This document shows, piece by piece, positions 55,676 to 63,709 of a DNA stretch of 64,000 bases. The notes under the pieces are model-generated. The model ran no database searches and had not been told where the DNA came from. It saw only the letters and a program-made list of their open reading frames with translations. This stretch comes from Candidatus Peregrinibacteria bacterium (GTDB lineage: Bacteria; Patescibacteriota; Gracilibacteria; UBA1369; UBA12463), in NCBI GenBank assembly GCA_037447365.1, contig JBBIGU010000002.1:6678-70677 (forward strand), given 5' to 3'. Made by a program: the position numbers and the translations under genes. The first letter of the stretch is position 1. The number at the start of each line of letters is the position of its first letter.

Positions 55676-56296
55676 ATGACCTCACCACTCGATCCAGAAC
55701 TTCTTAAGATTCCTGCGTTTCAGCGCAAGAAAGTTATTCAAAAACGAATTCAGGCTCCACCTCAATTTACGGTAGGAGATGCGATGCGTTCGGCTTCTCG
55801 TGAGGAAATATATGAAGAGCCGATGATTTCTTCTAGTCTTTCTCGAGCAAAGGAAAATGCTCGACAGTCGCAACTACCGTCCTCGTCCTCTTCCTCTTTG
55901 CGCGCAACTCCAAGTAAACCGAGAACGTTTCAGAAACGCACTTTCACAAGTATTTCCCTTCATCAGCCTTCGCTTCTTGTGGACACATATCCACAGGGGT
56001 CTCGCGGCGCTCAGTCTCAATTCGAATCTTCTTCCCTTCGTTCATATATAGAAATTGGAACCGTTACGGCGGTTCTCACGAAGATTCAGGTGGTTATTAT
56101 TAAACTTTCTACAACCCTCAAAACTGGCGAAGTTCTCCTTTTCGAAACCGATGGCCAGATGTTCGAAGAGCGTGCCGACTCGATTCAGATCGATCGAAAG
56201 AATGTTAAAACAGCTAAAAAGAATGCCGAGATTGGTATGAAGATTTCTCGTCTCCCAAGAAATGGCAGTAAGGTTTACCGAGTCAGTTTGAAGTAA
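55676..56296 (+). CDS. hypothetical protein with an N-terminal FtsZ-C-terminal-peptide-like motif and a C-terminal beta-barrel-like domain
   Basis: 206 aa. GAGG Shine-Dalgarno 4 nt upstream. N-terminus LDPELLKIPAFQRKK, a Ser-rich disordered middle, and C-terminal IGTVTAVLTKIQVVIIKL...GEVLLFE...AEIGMKI resembling a translation-factor domain-II barrel. Confidence 0.55.
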   Translation: MTSPLDPELLKIPAFQRKKVIQKRIQAPPQFTVGDAMRSASREEIYEEPMISSSLSRAKENARQSQLPSSSSSSLRATPSKPRTFQKRTFTSISLHQPSLLVDTYPQGSRGAQSQFESSSLRSYIEIGTVTAVLTKIQVVIIKLSTTLKTGEVLLFETDGQMFEERADSIQIDRKNVKTAKKNAEIGMKISRLPRNGSKVYRVSLK

Positions 56297-56340
56297 TGAG
56301 CTTGAAGTAGCTTCTATCTGCCAATTATCAACTACTACTT

Positions 56341-56775
56341 CTACCAACTACTGCTTCCGCCGCCTCCCGAGGATTTTCCGCCTCCGAATGTGCTATTTAG
56401 CGAACCGCCACCATTATTTCTGTGGAATGATTTTGATGATGAAGATGATCTCCTTCTCCATACATTTCCTGACCATATTTTAGACGTCTTGTTTGACCAT
56501 TTTCCTGAACGAATTCTACGAAGTCGTATGTTTCCTAGATATTCAAGTCCATATCCGAACAACACCCCGGTGACAACACATGGAATTCCATACCAAAAAC
56601 CTGTTTTAAGCAAAATACATAGTCCAGTTGTTATTAATGCATATATAACAATAGTTTTTATGTTTATTGTCTCCTTTTTCTTCCAGATAACTAAGTAGAT
56701 TAATCCAAACAACATGGTTCCTACATAAAGAATCATTGTTGTCATCAGCCAAGGTTGAATCCAATCATTGAACAT
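56341..56775 (-). CDS. membrane protein with a Gly/Ser-rich C-terminal tail
   Basis: 144 aa. Three TM helices and the tail ...GGGKSSGGGGSSSW. Last gene of the LemA-TPM unit. Confidence 0.55.
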   Translation of the reverse strand: MFNDWIQPWLMTTMILYVGTMLFGLIYLVIWKKKETINIKTIVIYALITTGLCILLKTGFWYGIPCVVTGVLFGYGLEYLGNIRLRRIRSGKWSNKTSKIWSGNVWRRRSSSSSKSFHRNNGGGSLNSTFGGGKSSGGGGSSSW

Positions 56776-56783
56776 ATTGAGTT

Positions 56784-57716
56784 TTACCAGCTACTACTTC
56801 CGCCGCCTCCCGAGAAACTTCCTCCACCAAAACTACCGCCACCACTCCATCCGCTTCCCGATCCTCCGGAACTTCCACCACCAAACCAGAATCCTCCTCC
56901 AGAAGATCCTCCTTTTCCTCCTGGTCCTTTGTATTTAGTTGATACAACGAAGTCGAGAAGGAGTCCGAATATTCCGCATATGAGAGCGAGAAGTCCGGCA
57001 ACAAATAATCCGAAGGAGAGTAAGAGTGATACTACAAACGCTCCTCCTGCTCCAATAACCCCTCCGAGCCACCATGACTTTGTTTTTGCGAGATATTGTA
57101 CGAAAAATCCAAATCCAAAAATGACCGCATAGAAAATAACATTAATCCATCCTTCATTTTCAAAACTTTCTGTATCTGAAGCATCCTGAACATCTGCTAC
57201 ATTAAACTCTCCCTGTGCGGCTGCCATAACGACGTCGAGCGTATCATTTATTCCTTTATAGTAATTGTTCTCCCTGAAGGCTGGTCGTGCGTAAGTATTG
57301 AGAATTTTGACAGTTGAAATATCCGGAATAGCACCTTCAAGTCCGCGTCCGATTTCAAGTCGCATAGCCCGATCATTTACGGCTACGGTAAAAAGTACTC
57401 CATTATCTTTACCCTTTTTTCCGACACCCCACTGCTCTGCAACATGAATACTATACTCTTCGATTGTTTCCGGAGAGGTTGTTGGTACAACAAGAACAGC
57501 AATTTCGTTAGAAGTTTTTGCCTTGAAGTCGAGGACTTTTTGACTGAGTAGTGTTGTTTCTTCCGCAGACAAAACTTCCGCATAATCACTGACATATTTT
57601 GCTTCAGGATACGTGATTTTTGTGGCAGCTAGTACGTTTGCTATTCCGACCATACTCCATATTCCTGCTGTCACTATGACAGTTCCAAGTGTAACGAGTC
57701 CTGTAAGTCGCTTCAT
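56784..57716 (-). CDS. TPM-domain (YgcG-like) membrane protein
   Basis: 310 aa. Signal peptide, TPM domain (YVSDYAEVLSAEETTLLSQKVLDFKAKTSNEIAVLVVP...), TM helices and the tail ...GGSFSGGGGSSSW. Confidence 0.75.
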   Translation of the reverse strand: MKRLTGLVTLGTVIVTAGIWSMVGIANVLAATKITYPEAKYVSDYAEVLSAEETTLLSQKVLDFKAKTSNEIAVLVVPTTSPETIEEYSIHVAEQWGVGKKGKDNGVLFTVAVNDRAMRLEIGRGLEGAIPDISTVKILNTYARPAFRENNYYKGINDTLDVVMAAAQGEFNVADVQDASDTESFENEGWINVIFYAVIFGFGFFVQYLAKTKSWWLGGVIGAGGAFVVSLLLSFGLFVAGLLALICGIFGLLLDFVVSTKYKGPGGKGGSSGGGFWFGGGSSGGSGSGWSGGGSFGGGSFSGGGGSSSW

Positions 57717-57759
57717 TGAAAATGAGGTTATATGGGGTCTGATAATGTCTACCTTGACC

Positions 57760-58338
57760 TTACTTTGTAAGGCTCAGGTCGACTTTTGGAGCATTTGCAG
57801 CTTCTTTTACCGCTTCAAATCGAGTCTTTTCTGAGAATCCAAAAATGCTTGCAATCATCTTTCCTGGGAAGCGACGTACGGAAACGTTGTAGTCTTCGAC
57901 GGACTCATTATATCGTTCGCGTGCGACACTGACTCGGTTTTCTGTACCTTCGAGCTGCGTCATGAGTGACTGAACGGTTTCCGAAGATTTGAGCTGAGGG
58001 TAGTTTTCCATGATGACGAGGAGTCGGCTGAGTCCACCTTCGAGCTGGTTAGCAGCAGCGACTTTTTCATTACTGCCTGATGGAGCAGCGGCATAACTAG
58101 AACGTGCCTTTGCGATCGTTCCGAAAACGTCCTGTTCTTGTTTAAGCACGCCTTTTACTGATTCTGCGAGGTTTGGGATGAGGTCAAATCGTCTTTGATA
58201 CTGTGTTTCTACTTGTGACCAGGCAGTCTTTACGCTTTCTTCGCGTCCAACAAATCCATTATATGAGGACATGAACCAGAGGCCGAGAAGCACGACGACT
58301 CCGAGAATGCCGAGAAGTACCTTATTAGTTGTAGACAT
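57760..58338 (-). CDS. lemA: LemA family protein
   Basis: 192 aa. N-terminal TM helix, then YNGFVGREESVKTAWSQVETQYQRRFDLIPNL. Confidence 0.85.
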   Translation of the reverse strand: MSTTNKVLLGILGVVVLLGLWFMSSYNGFVGREESVKTAWSQVETQYQRRFDLIPNLAESVKGVLKQEQDVFGTIAKARSSYAAAPSGSNEKVAAANQLEGGLSRLLVIMENYPQLKSSETVQSLMTQLEGTENRVSVARERYNESVEDYNVSVRRFPGKMIASIFGFSEKTRFEAVKEAANAPKVDLSLTK

Positions 58339-58394
58339 ACGAAAAAAGAAAAAGAGTAAAGCGCTCCTAGTATAGCTTTTTCTCTAGGCTTTTT

Positions 58395-59606
58395 CTAGAT
58401 ATTTTCGAGCTCGTTTCGTCCGGAGAAGTCGAGAGGTGTTCCTTTTAGCTCTTGTTTGTGGGTAACGAGAATAATAAAGACGATTCCCATCCAGAATGAT
58501 GAGATAATCCATGGTGCATTGATATGATAGTCCATGAAGAAGCCAGAAATCGCTGGTGCGATGACTTGTGAGATGGCGATCAATGCGTGTGAGATTCCGA
58601 TAACTTTTCCACGTTCGTGCTCCTCTGCTTTTCCCGAAAGTTCACTTCCATTGATGACGGTGAGCGTTCCTTCCATGACTCCAAGGATCGCGATGATTGG
58701 TATAAAAATACGAAGTCGTGCTGATGTTGCTGCTAAAAAGAGCAGGACGAGCGTTGAAGAAGCAATGAGCTGAATTTTGTATGGCCGCATGTATTTGAGC
58801 CAAATATGCTTCATAAGGACGAGCTGATTAATGGCAATCATAATGCCAATACAGGTGAGAAGGATTCCCGCGTTGGTAATGGAGAAGTCGAATCGTCGAC
58901 TTAAAAAGAGAATAAATGTCGAGTGATAGCTTTCGAAACTCATCGATGTTGCGAGTAGGAGGAGAATCAGTGTTTTGTATTTTTTGTGCGTGAGCCCATA
59001 CCAGATGGTATTGAATGAGTTGAACTGAATTTTGGCATTTTTTTGTTTTGAAACGATGCTTTCTGGAAGGAACGCGATGGCAGCCATTCCGTTCAGGAAG
59101 GCGAGAGCTCCTGTAAACCAAAAGGGAATTGATGGAGCAATTTTGGCTAAGAGACTTCCGATTCCTGGTCCAGTGATAAATCCGATTCCAATAGCTGTTG
59201 GAATAAGTCCGAGCTTAATCGCGCGATCTTTTTCGTCTGAGGAGATGTCGGTGAGATAACTCTGTGCGACCGAAAGGTTTCCCGCACTGAAGCCCCCGAT
59301 AACACGTGAGAGGAAGATCATCCAGAGATTTGGGGAAAGTGCAAAGACAACCCAACTGAGCGATGTTCCCAGGAGACAAGTGATAATCACCGGCTTTCTT
59401 CCAAAGCGATCTGAGAGCGATCCCATAATTGGTCCTGCGAGAAATGCGCATGCCGCAAACACCGAATACATGATCGATATCGTGAATGTCGATGTGCTAA
59501 ACTTTTCTACGTAAATCGGAAGTGATGGAAGAATGATCGTTACGCCGATCATATCAATGAGTACCGTGGCAAAAATAATCGCAGTCGCTTTTCTTGAAGA
59601 TGCCAT
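58395..59606 (-). CDS. MFS transporter (DHA1/tetracycline-efflux-like)
   Basis: About 403 aa from ATG 59606. Twelve predicted TM helices and motif A GSLSDRFGRKP. Confidence 0.8.
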   Translation of the reverse strand: MASSRKATAIIFATVLIDMIGVTIILPSLPIYVEKFSTSTFTISIMYSVFAACAFLAGPIMGSLSDRFGRKPVIITCLLGTSLSWVVFALSPNLWMIFLSRVIGGFSAGNLSVAQSYLTDISSDEKDRAIKLGLIPTAIGIGFITGPGIGSLLAKIAPSIPFWFTGALAFLNGMAAIAFLPESIVSKQKNAKIQFNSFNTIWYGLTHKKYKTLILLLLATSMSFESYHSTFILFLSRRFDFSITNAGILLTCIGIMIAINQLVLMKHIWLKYMRPYKIQLIASSTLVLLFLAATSARLRIFIPIIAILGVMEGTLTVINGSELSGKAEEHERGKVIGISHALIAISQVIAPAISGFFMDYHINAPWIISSFWMGIVFIILVTHKQELKGTPLDFSGRNELENI

Positions 59607-59725
59607 GGGAATTGGAGTTTGTGGGTAGGAGTCTTGGTGGGTTTGGGGTTTGCGCAGAGTGATGAATTGGCTTTTGGGCCTATTGTTTTCTCGTCCCAAG
59701 GATTTTAGCAGAAAATTGGGCACAA

Positions 59726-59755
59726 AAAAAGAGGGCCGGAGTGGGCCCTCTTTTT
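59726..59755 (-). terminator. intrinsic terminator after the lipoprotein gene (bidirectional)
   Basis: AAAAAGAGGGCC, loop GGAGTG, then GGCCCTCTTTTT: a 12-bp stem with a GC core and T-tracts on both strands. Confidence 0.55.
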
Positions 59756-59768
59756 ACAAGGTGTTAAT

Positions 59769-60347
59769 TTAGAGTGCCTTGAATGATTGTCCTATGAGCT
59801 TGAACTCTTTTACTTGATCATCATTTGTATCAGGACCTGCATATCCATTATCTCCATATACGTCATATGTCTTTGTTTTGCCTAGATAGACGAGTCCATC
59901 GGCATCACTTAGCATATCCTTTGATTTATTTGCTGTAAGTCCGAGAACGATTGTATATGTTTTTGTCTTGTCACCCGAACTGATATTGAACGTTTTTCTT
60001 CCGTTACTATCTCCTTTTGCATTTGTTCCAACTACTTTGCTTGCTACAACAGTTCCCCAACTTTGTGGAAATTGAAGAGAGAAGCCAAATTCAGTATTTG
60101 TATATGTTGTCATGACTCCAAATTCTTTTTTGAGTTGATCTGCAGCTGCTCCAAAGTCGCTTTGCATCTTTTCTCCCTGTGCCTTGAGGGCATCAGTTGT
60201 CTTAGCTACTTCGCTGTTGATGTTGCCGCTGACTTCTTTGGCGGTTGAGGCGATCTTGTTGTTGATGGCGGTTTGGATGGCGCTGCAGCCGGTGAGGGCG
60301 AGCGATGCAATCGCGAGACCACTGATGAGAACTTTTTTGGTGACCAT
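59769..60347 (-). CDS. lipoprotein, unknown function
   Basis: 192 aa. Signal peptide plus lipobox LALTG|C. Confidence 0.6.
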   Translation of the reverse strand: MVTKKVLISGLAIASLALTGCSAIQTAINNKIASTAKEVSGNINSEVAKTTDALKAQGEKMQSDFGAAADQLKKEFGVMTTYTNTEFGFSLQFPQSWGTVVASKVVGTNAKGDSNGRKTFNISSGDKTKTYTIVLGLTANKSKDMLSDADGLVYLGKTKTYDVYGDNGYAGPDTNDDQVKEFKLIGQSFKAL

Positions 60348-60405
60348 GGATAGAGGATAAAAAATAAATAGATGAGAGAAGAGATACGGCTTGTTGTTTG
60401 GTTCG

Positions 60406-60449
60406 TTACAGTTATTCTAACAGATCATTACAGTTATTCTAACAGATCA
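60406..60449. repeat. perfect 22-bp tandem direct repeat (2 copies)
   Basis: TTACAGTTATTCTAACAGATCA occurs at 60406-60427 and again at 60428-60449, followed by T9. On the minus strand each unit reads TGATCTGTTAGAATAACTGTAA and contains TGtTAGAAT. Confidence 0.95.
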
Positions 60450-60466
60450 TTTTTTTTTGCTACTTT

Positions 60467-61498
60467 TTACTTCTTCCGCATGGTGATTGCCGCGATGATA
60501 GCGACGACGACAAGTCCCAAGAAGACGTACCAGAATTTGATGACGAGGCTGCCGAGGGCGACGAGGATGGCTGAGACGATGGCGAAGACGACGAACATGA
60601 TGCCGCTAAGAGCTGAGCCGACGCCTGGGAGAATGTTCAAGAGGGCGAAGACTGGGCCGAAGATGCTCATGAGACCAAAGGCGAGGAAGAACCAGCTAGC
60701 TCCTTTCATAAGCCAGAATTTGAGGTTTTCTGAGCTCTTGAGGTCTTTGACGATCTCTGCGTCTGATTTGTTGCTGACGATAAATGGGTCACCAGCGCTG
60801 ATGGTGCCGTTGGCTACTTCACCGATAACGATGATGTTTTGGTCGGCTGGAACTCCTACGACTTTTTCACGAGTTTTAGTAACAGGGTAGGCGTTAGCTG
60901 TTTTTCCAGCGTAGGTGATTGGAGTGATAAGTGTTGGATTCGCGGCTACTGGAGCGACTGTCTCCTGGTCGTAGATTGATTTGAGATTGTAGTTTCCGTT
61001 GGCTGACTTCGGATCGACCGTAACGGCACCAAGTTTGAAGGTGTTCCATTTCTCATCTGTGGTTACTGGAACCCAGGTGTCGACGTATTCTTTGGTTTCG
61101 ACGGTTTGTTGAACATCCTGACCGTCTTTTTGAACCGTCTTGTAGCTTGTCTTGGTCTGTTCGACTTTTCGGTATTCTTCGGTTGTGTATTTATAATAGA
61201 TGACGTTTTCAGAAGTCTTTGGAGCTGCGAGAGCAGATGGTGTAAGTGGCTTTCCAGAGACCTTTATGAGTCCCGTCTGACTTGTTGTTACTTGATCGGC
61301 TGGCGTGAGTGCAAGCTTGGCTACGGTTCCGGAATTTTCCTTCATTCCTACCGAGTAGTAGAGAATGACAAAACCGATGAGGACCATGATGAAGCCTGTT
61401 CCAATGCCTTTAATGCTTGAAACCAGATCTCGTCCGTAACGAGCAATAGGATTGGAGCTTCCGAGACTTGTTTCGGAAACGACGCGTTCGTCTGCCAT
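60467..61498 (-). CDS. membrane protein, TMEM43/DUF1625-like
   Basis: 343 aa. One N-terminal TM helix (IGTGFIMVLIGFVILYYSVG), a large soluble domain and three C-terminal TM helices including LLNILPGVGSALSGIMFVVF. Confidence 0.5.
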   Translation of the reverse strand: MADERVVSETSLGSSNPIARYGRDLVSSIKGIGTGFIMVLIGFVILYYSVGMKENSGTVAKLALTPADQVTTSQTGLIKVSGKPLTPSALAAPKTSENVIYYKYTTEEYRKVEQTKTSYKTVQKDGQDVQQTVETKEYVDTWVPVTTDEKWNTFKLGAVTVDPKSANGNYNLKSIYDQETVAPVAANPTLITPITYAGKTANAYPVTKTREKVVGVPADQNIIVIGEVANGTISAGDPFIVSNKSDAEIVKDLKSSENLKFWLMKGASWFFLAFGLMSIFGPVFALLNILPGVGSALSGIMFVVFAIVSAILVALGSLVIKFWYVFLGLVVVAIIAAITMRKK

Positions 61499-61588
61499 AG
61501 ATAAATGGGGTTAGAGAGGTGATAAAATCGGGATCATTATCTCATATGTAATGACTTTGTAAACGAGAGATGATACGCACTTGAATTA

Positions 61589-62452
61589 TTATGGGAAAAG
61601 TTTTTGAAATGCCTCGAGTGTCATGCCTCCTCGTATTCGAACTCTGGTTATTGTAAACGGTTTCGTGGATGCGTGGTCTTCTCCTGGTTCTGTTGTGACT
61701 GCGGTTACATATCCTGCTTTTTCTGTAGCTCTCAGTGTTTCTTTGTTGTACTGACCCGATGGATAAGCGAAGTGCAATATAGGATGACCGGTGAAATTTT
61801 CTAACCATGTTTTTGATCCAAGCACTTCCTCTATTAGCCTTGTTCCTGTTGTATTTCGTAAATTTGGATGATGCATGGTGTGTGCAGCGATCGTTATAAG
61901 AGGAGACTGATCTAGTTCTTTGAGCTGTTGACTTGTGAGATATCGAGATTTGTCGATAAAGTCGGTGATAATGTATGCCGTTGCTTTTAAGTTGTATTTT
62001 TGAAGAACTGGAAATGCATCTGTATAAAAATCGTCATATCCATCATCAAATGTTAAGATAATGGATTTTTTTGGAAGATTTTTTTCTTCTTTCCATGCGC
62101 TGACAAGATCATCTAGGGTTATGGTTGTATATCCCGCATTTGATAGATGTTTCATCTGTTCTTCAAAAGCATTCGCTGGTACAGAGAGATCTATTCCAAC
62201 GGGATCGTGTTGATCAGTTACTGTTCGAACGTAGTGATACATTAATATCGGCAGATGAATCATCTTTTTCGATAGTGTTTTTGCTGAATTATCGGTAACG
62301 GTGGTGTTTTTTTGAGGTTGGTCTATGGTTATTGGCGTAGTGTTTTTTGGTGTATTTTTTGTATATTGTTGTATTACATCGCCTCCTTCAAGCATGAAGT
62401 ATGGTGCGCACACGAGTGTGATCCCGAGAAGATATGATATGATTTTTTTCAT
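61589..62452 (-). CDS. polysaccharide deacetylase (NodB homology domain)
   Basis: 287 aa. Signal peptide, ILMYHYV and ILTFDDGYDDFY. Confidence 0.8.
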   Translation of the reverse strand: MKKIISYLLGITLVCAPYFMLEGGDVIQQYTKNTPKNTTPITIDQPQKNTTVTDNSAKTLSKKMIHLPILMYHYVRTVTDQHDPVGIDLSVPANAFEEQMKHLSNAGYTTITLDDLVSAWKEEKNLPKKSIILTFDDGYDDFYTDAFPVLQKYNLKATAYIITDFIDKSRYLTSQQLKELDQSPLITIAAHTMHHPNLRNTTGTRLIEEVLGSKTWLENFTGHPILHFAYPSGQYNKETLRATEKAGYVTAVTTEPGEDHASTKPFTITRVRIRGGMTLEAFQKLFP

Positions 62453-62470
62453 AAATATTTTTTGCGATGT

Positions 62471-63022
62471 TTAGAGTATTTCATACATATATACGCCTTT
62501 TTCTTTTTTGCTTGGCTCAATTTTTGGGAAAACAAACGAGTTGCTGATAATTTTTGCCTTTGATTTAAGCTGTTTTTTTAGTTTTCGATACAGATGACCC
62601 ATGACGTACGGCATCATGTATACCGTGACGACGTCATATGGACGGTAGTCGATTTTCCAGAGGTCTCCCCAGTGAATAAAAGCTTTTCCTGTGAGTTTGG
62701 CTCGTCGAACATTTCGCCGAGCAAGGTAGACGAGTAGGGGGTTGTTGTCGTATCCGTGAGCCTCTGCGCCTTGTTTTGCCATGGCAATAACTACTCTTCC
62801 GTCTCCAGATCCTATGTCGAGTGTCTTTTGTCCTGGCTTAATATTGGCTAACCGGACCATTTTTTCTACTGTTTCGTTTTTTGATGGAACGTATGGAGCG
62901 CCCGTGAACATCATAACGAAAGAGATAATAACGAACAGGTTAATGATCAGAACTATCAGGAGTATGATCGCCATGTTGACTAGATTGATCGAGTAAAGTG
63001 TGTCTATACTTTGTGTGTACAT
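62471..63022 (-). CDS. membrane-anchored class I SAM-dependent methyltransferase
   Basis: 183 aa. N-terminal TM helix and motif I LDIGSGDGRVV. Confidence 0.7.
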   Translation of the reverse strand: MYTQSIDTLYSINLVNMAIILLIVLIINLFVIISFVMMFTGAPYVPSKNETVEKMVRLANIKPGQKTLDIGSGDGRVVIAMAKQGAEAHGYDNNPLLVYLARRNVRRAKLTGKAFIHWGDLWKIDYRPYDVVTVYMMPYVMGHLYRKLKKQLKSKAKIISNSFVFPKIEPSKKEKGVYMYEIL

Positions 63023-63035
63023 ACATTACCTTATC

Positions 63036-63668
63036 ATGGCCTTAATCTCCAAAAGTCGGCGGCGTTTTTTTCGTCTCTTGAGTGGCGGGTTGTTTCTGTT
63101 GATTTTTTCCGTGTCATTTTCTTCTTCGGCTCTCGCTGATTCATACCCAAAGAATGTTGATATGACGAAGGTTCGTTCGATGTGGCTTGATTGGTACAAT
63201 ACGGCTCGGCAGTCCGCGAAACTTTATGCATTTACCTATAATGCTCAGCTCGATAAAACGGCGCTTGCCTGGTCTGAGACGGCGAAGAAGCGTGGTTATA
63301 TGAATCACAAGCGCGATGGTCAGACCTCGTATTATGATTATAAATTTGTGAAAAAATGGTTCGCTGCACAGGGCGTTACCTTTGGTAAAGCTTCTGGGAC
63401 GGTTGTTACTGAAAATATCGGTTGGAGTCCGTATTCTTGTACGAAAAAGGATTGTACGAGCGAGATGATCAAGGCCATTCGATATACATTTGATTTTTAT
63501 ATGGCCGAGAAGGGGAGGAAGTATCGCCCTCATTACAATAGCGTTATGAGTTCTGATTATAAGCAGATTGGTCTTGGAATTTCTGTTGATGAGGTGAAAA
63601 AGAAGCTGTATTTGACGGTTCATTATGCGAAGAGTGTTGATGACCCAGTTCACACTAAGAAGCCGTAA
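63036..63668 (+). CDS. secreted CAP/SCP-domain protein
   Basis: ATG 63036 gives the signal peptide ...FSVSFSSSALA. CAP-like segments LAWSETAKKRGYMNHKRDG, ENIGW and HYNSVMSSDYKQIGLG. Confidence 0.65.
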   Translation: MALISKSRRRFFRLLSGGLFLLIFSVSFSSSALADSYPKNVDMTKVRSMWLDWYNTARQSAKLYAFTYNAQLDKTALAWSETAKKRGYMNHKRDGQTSYYDYKFVKKWFAAQGVTFGKASGTVVTENIGWSPYSCTKKDCTSEMIKAIRYTFDFYMAEKGRKYRPHYNSVMSSDYKQIGLGISVDEVKKKLYLTVHYAKSVDDPVHTKKP

Positions 63669-63709
63669 ATTTCCTTTACTTTCTGCCTCTTTTAAGGAAG
63701 AATTGGCCC

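Noticed and set aside
60406-60449. Considered whether the 22-bp tandem repeat could be a degenerate CRISPR array or part of a mobile-element end.
   Set aside because: There are only two directly abutting copies with no spacers, no cas genes and no transposase or integrase nearby. It is better explained as a promoter or operator duplication.
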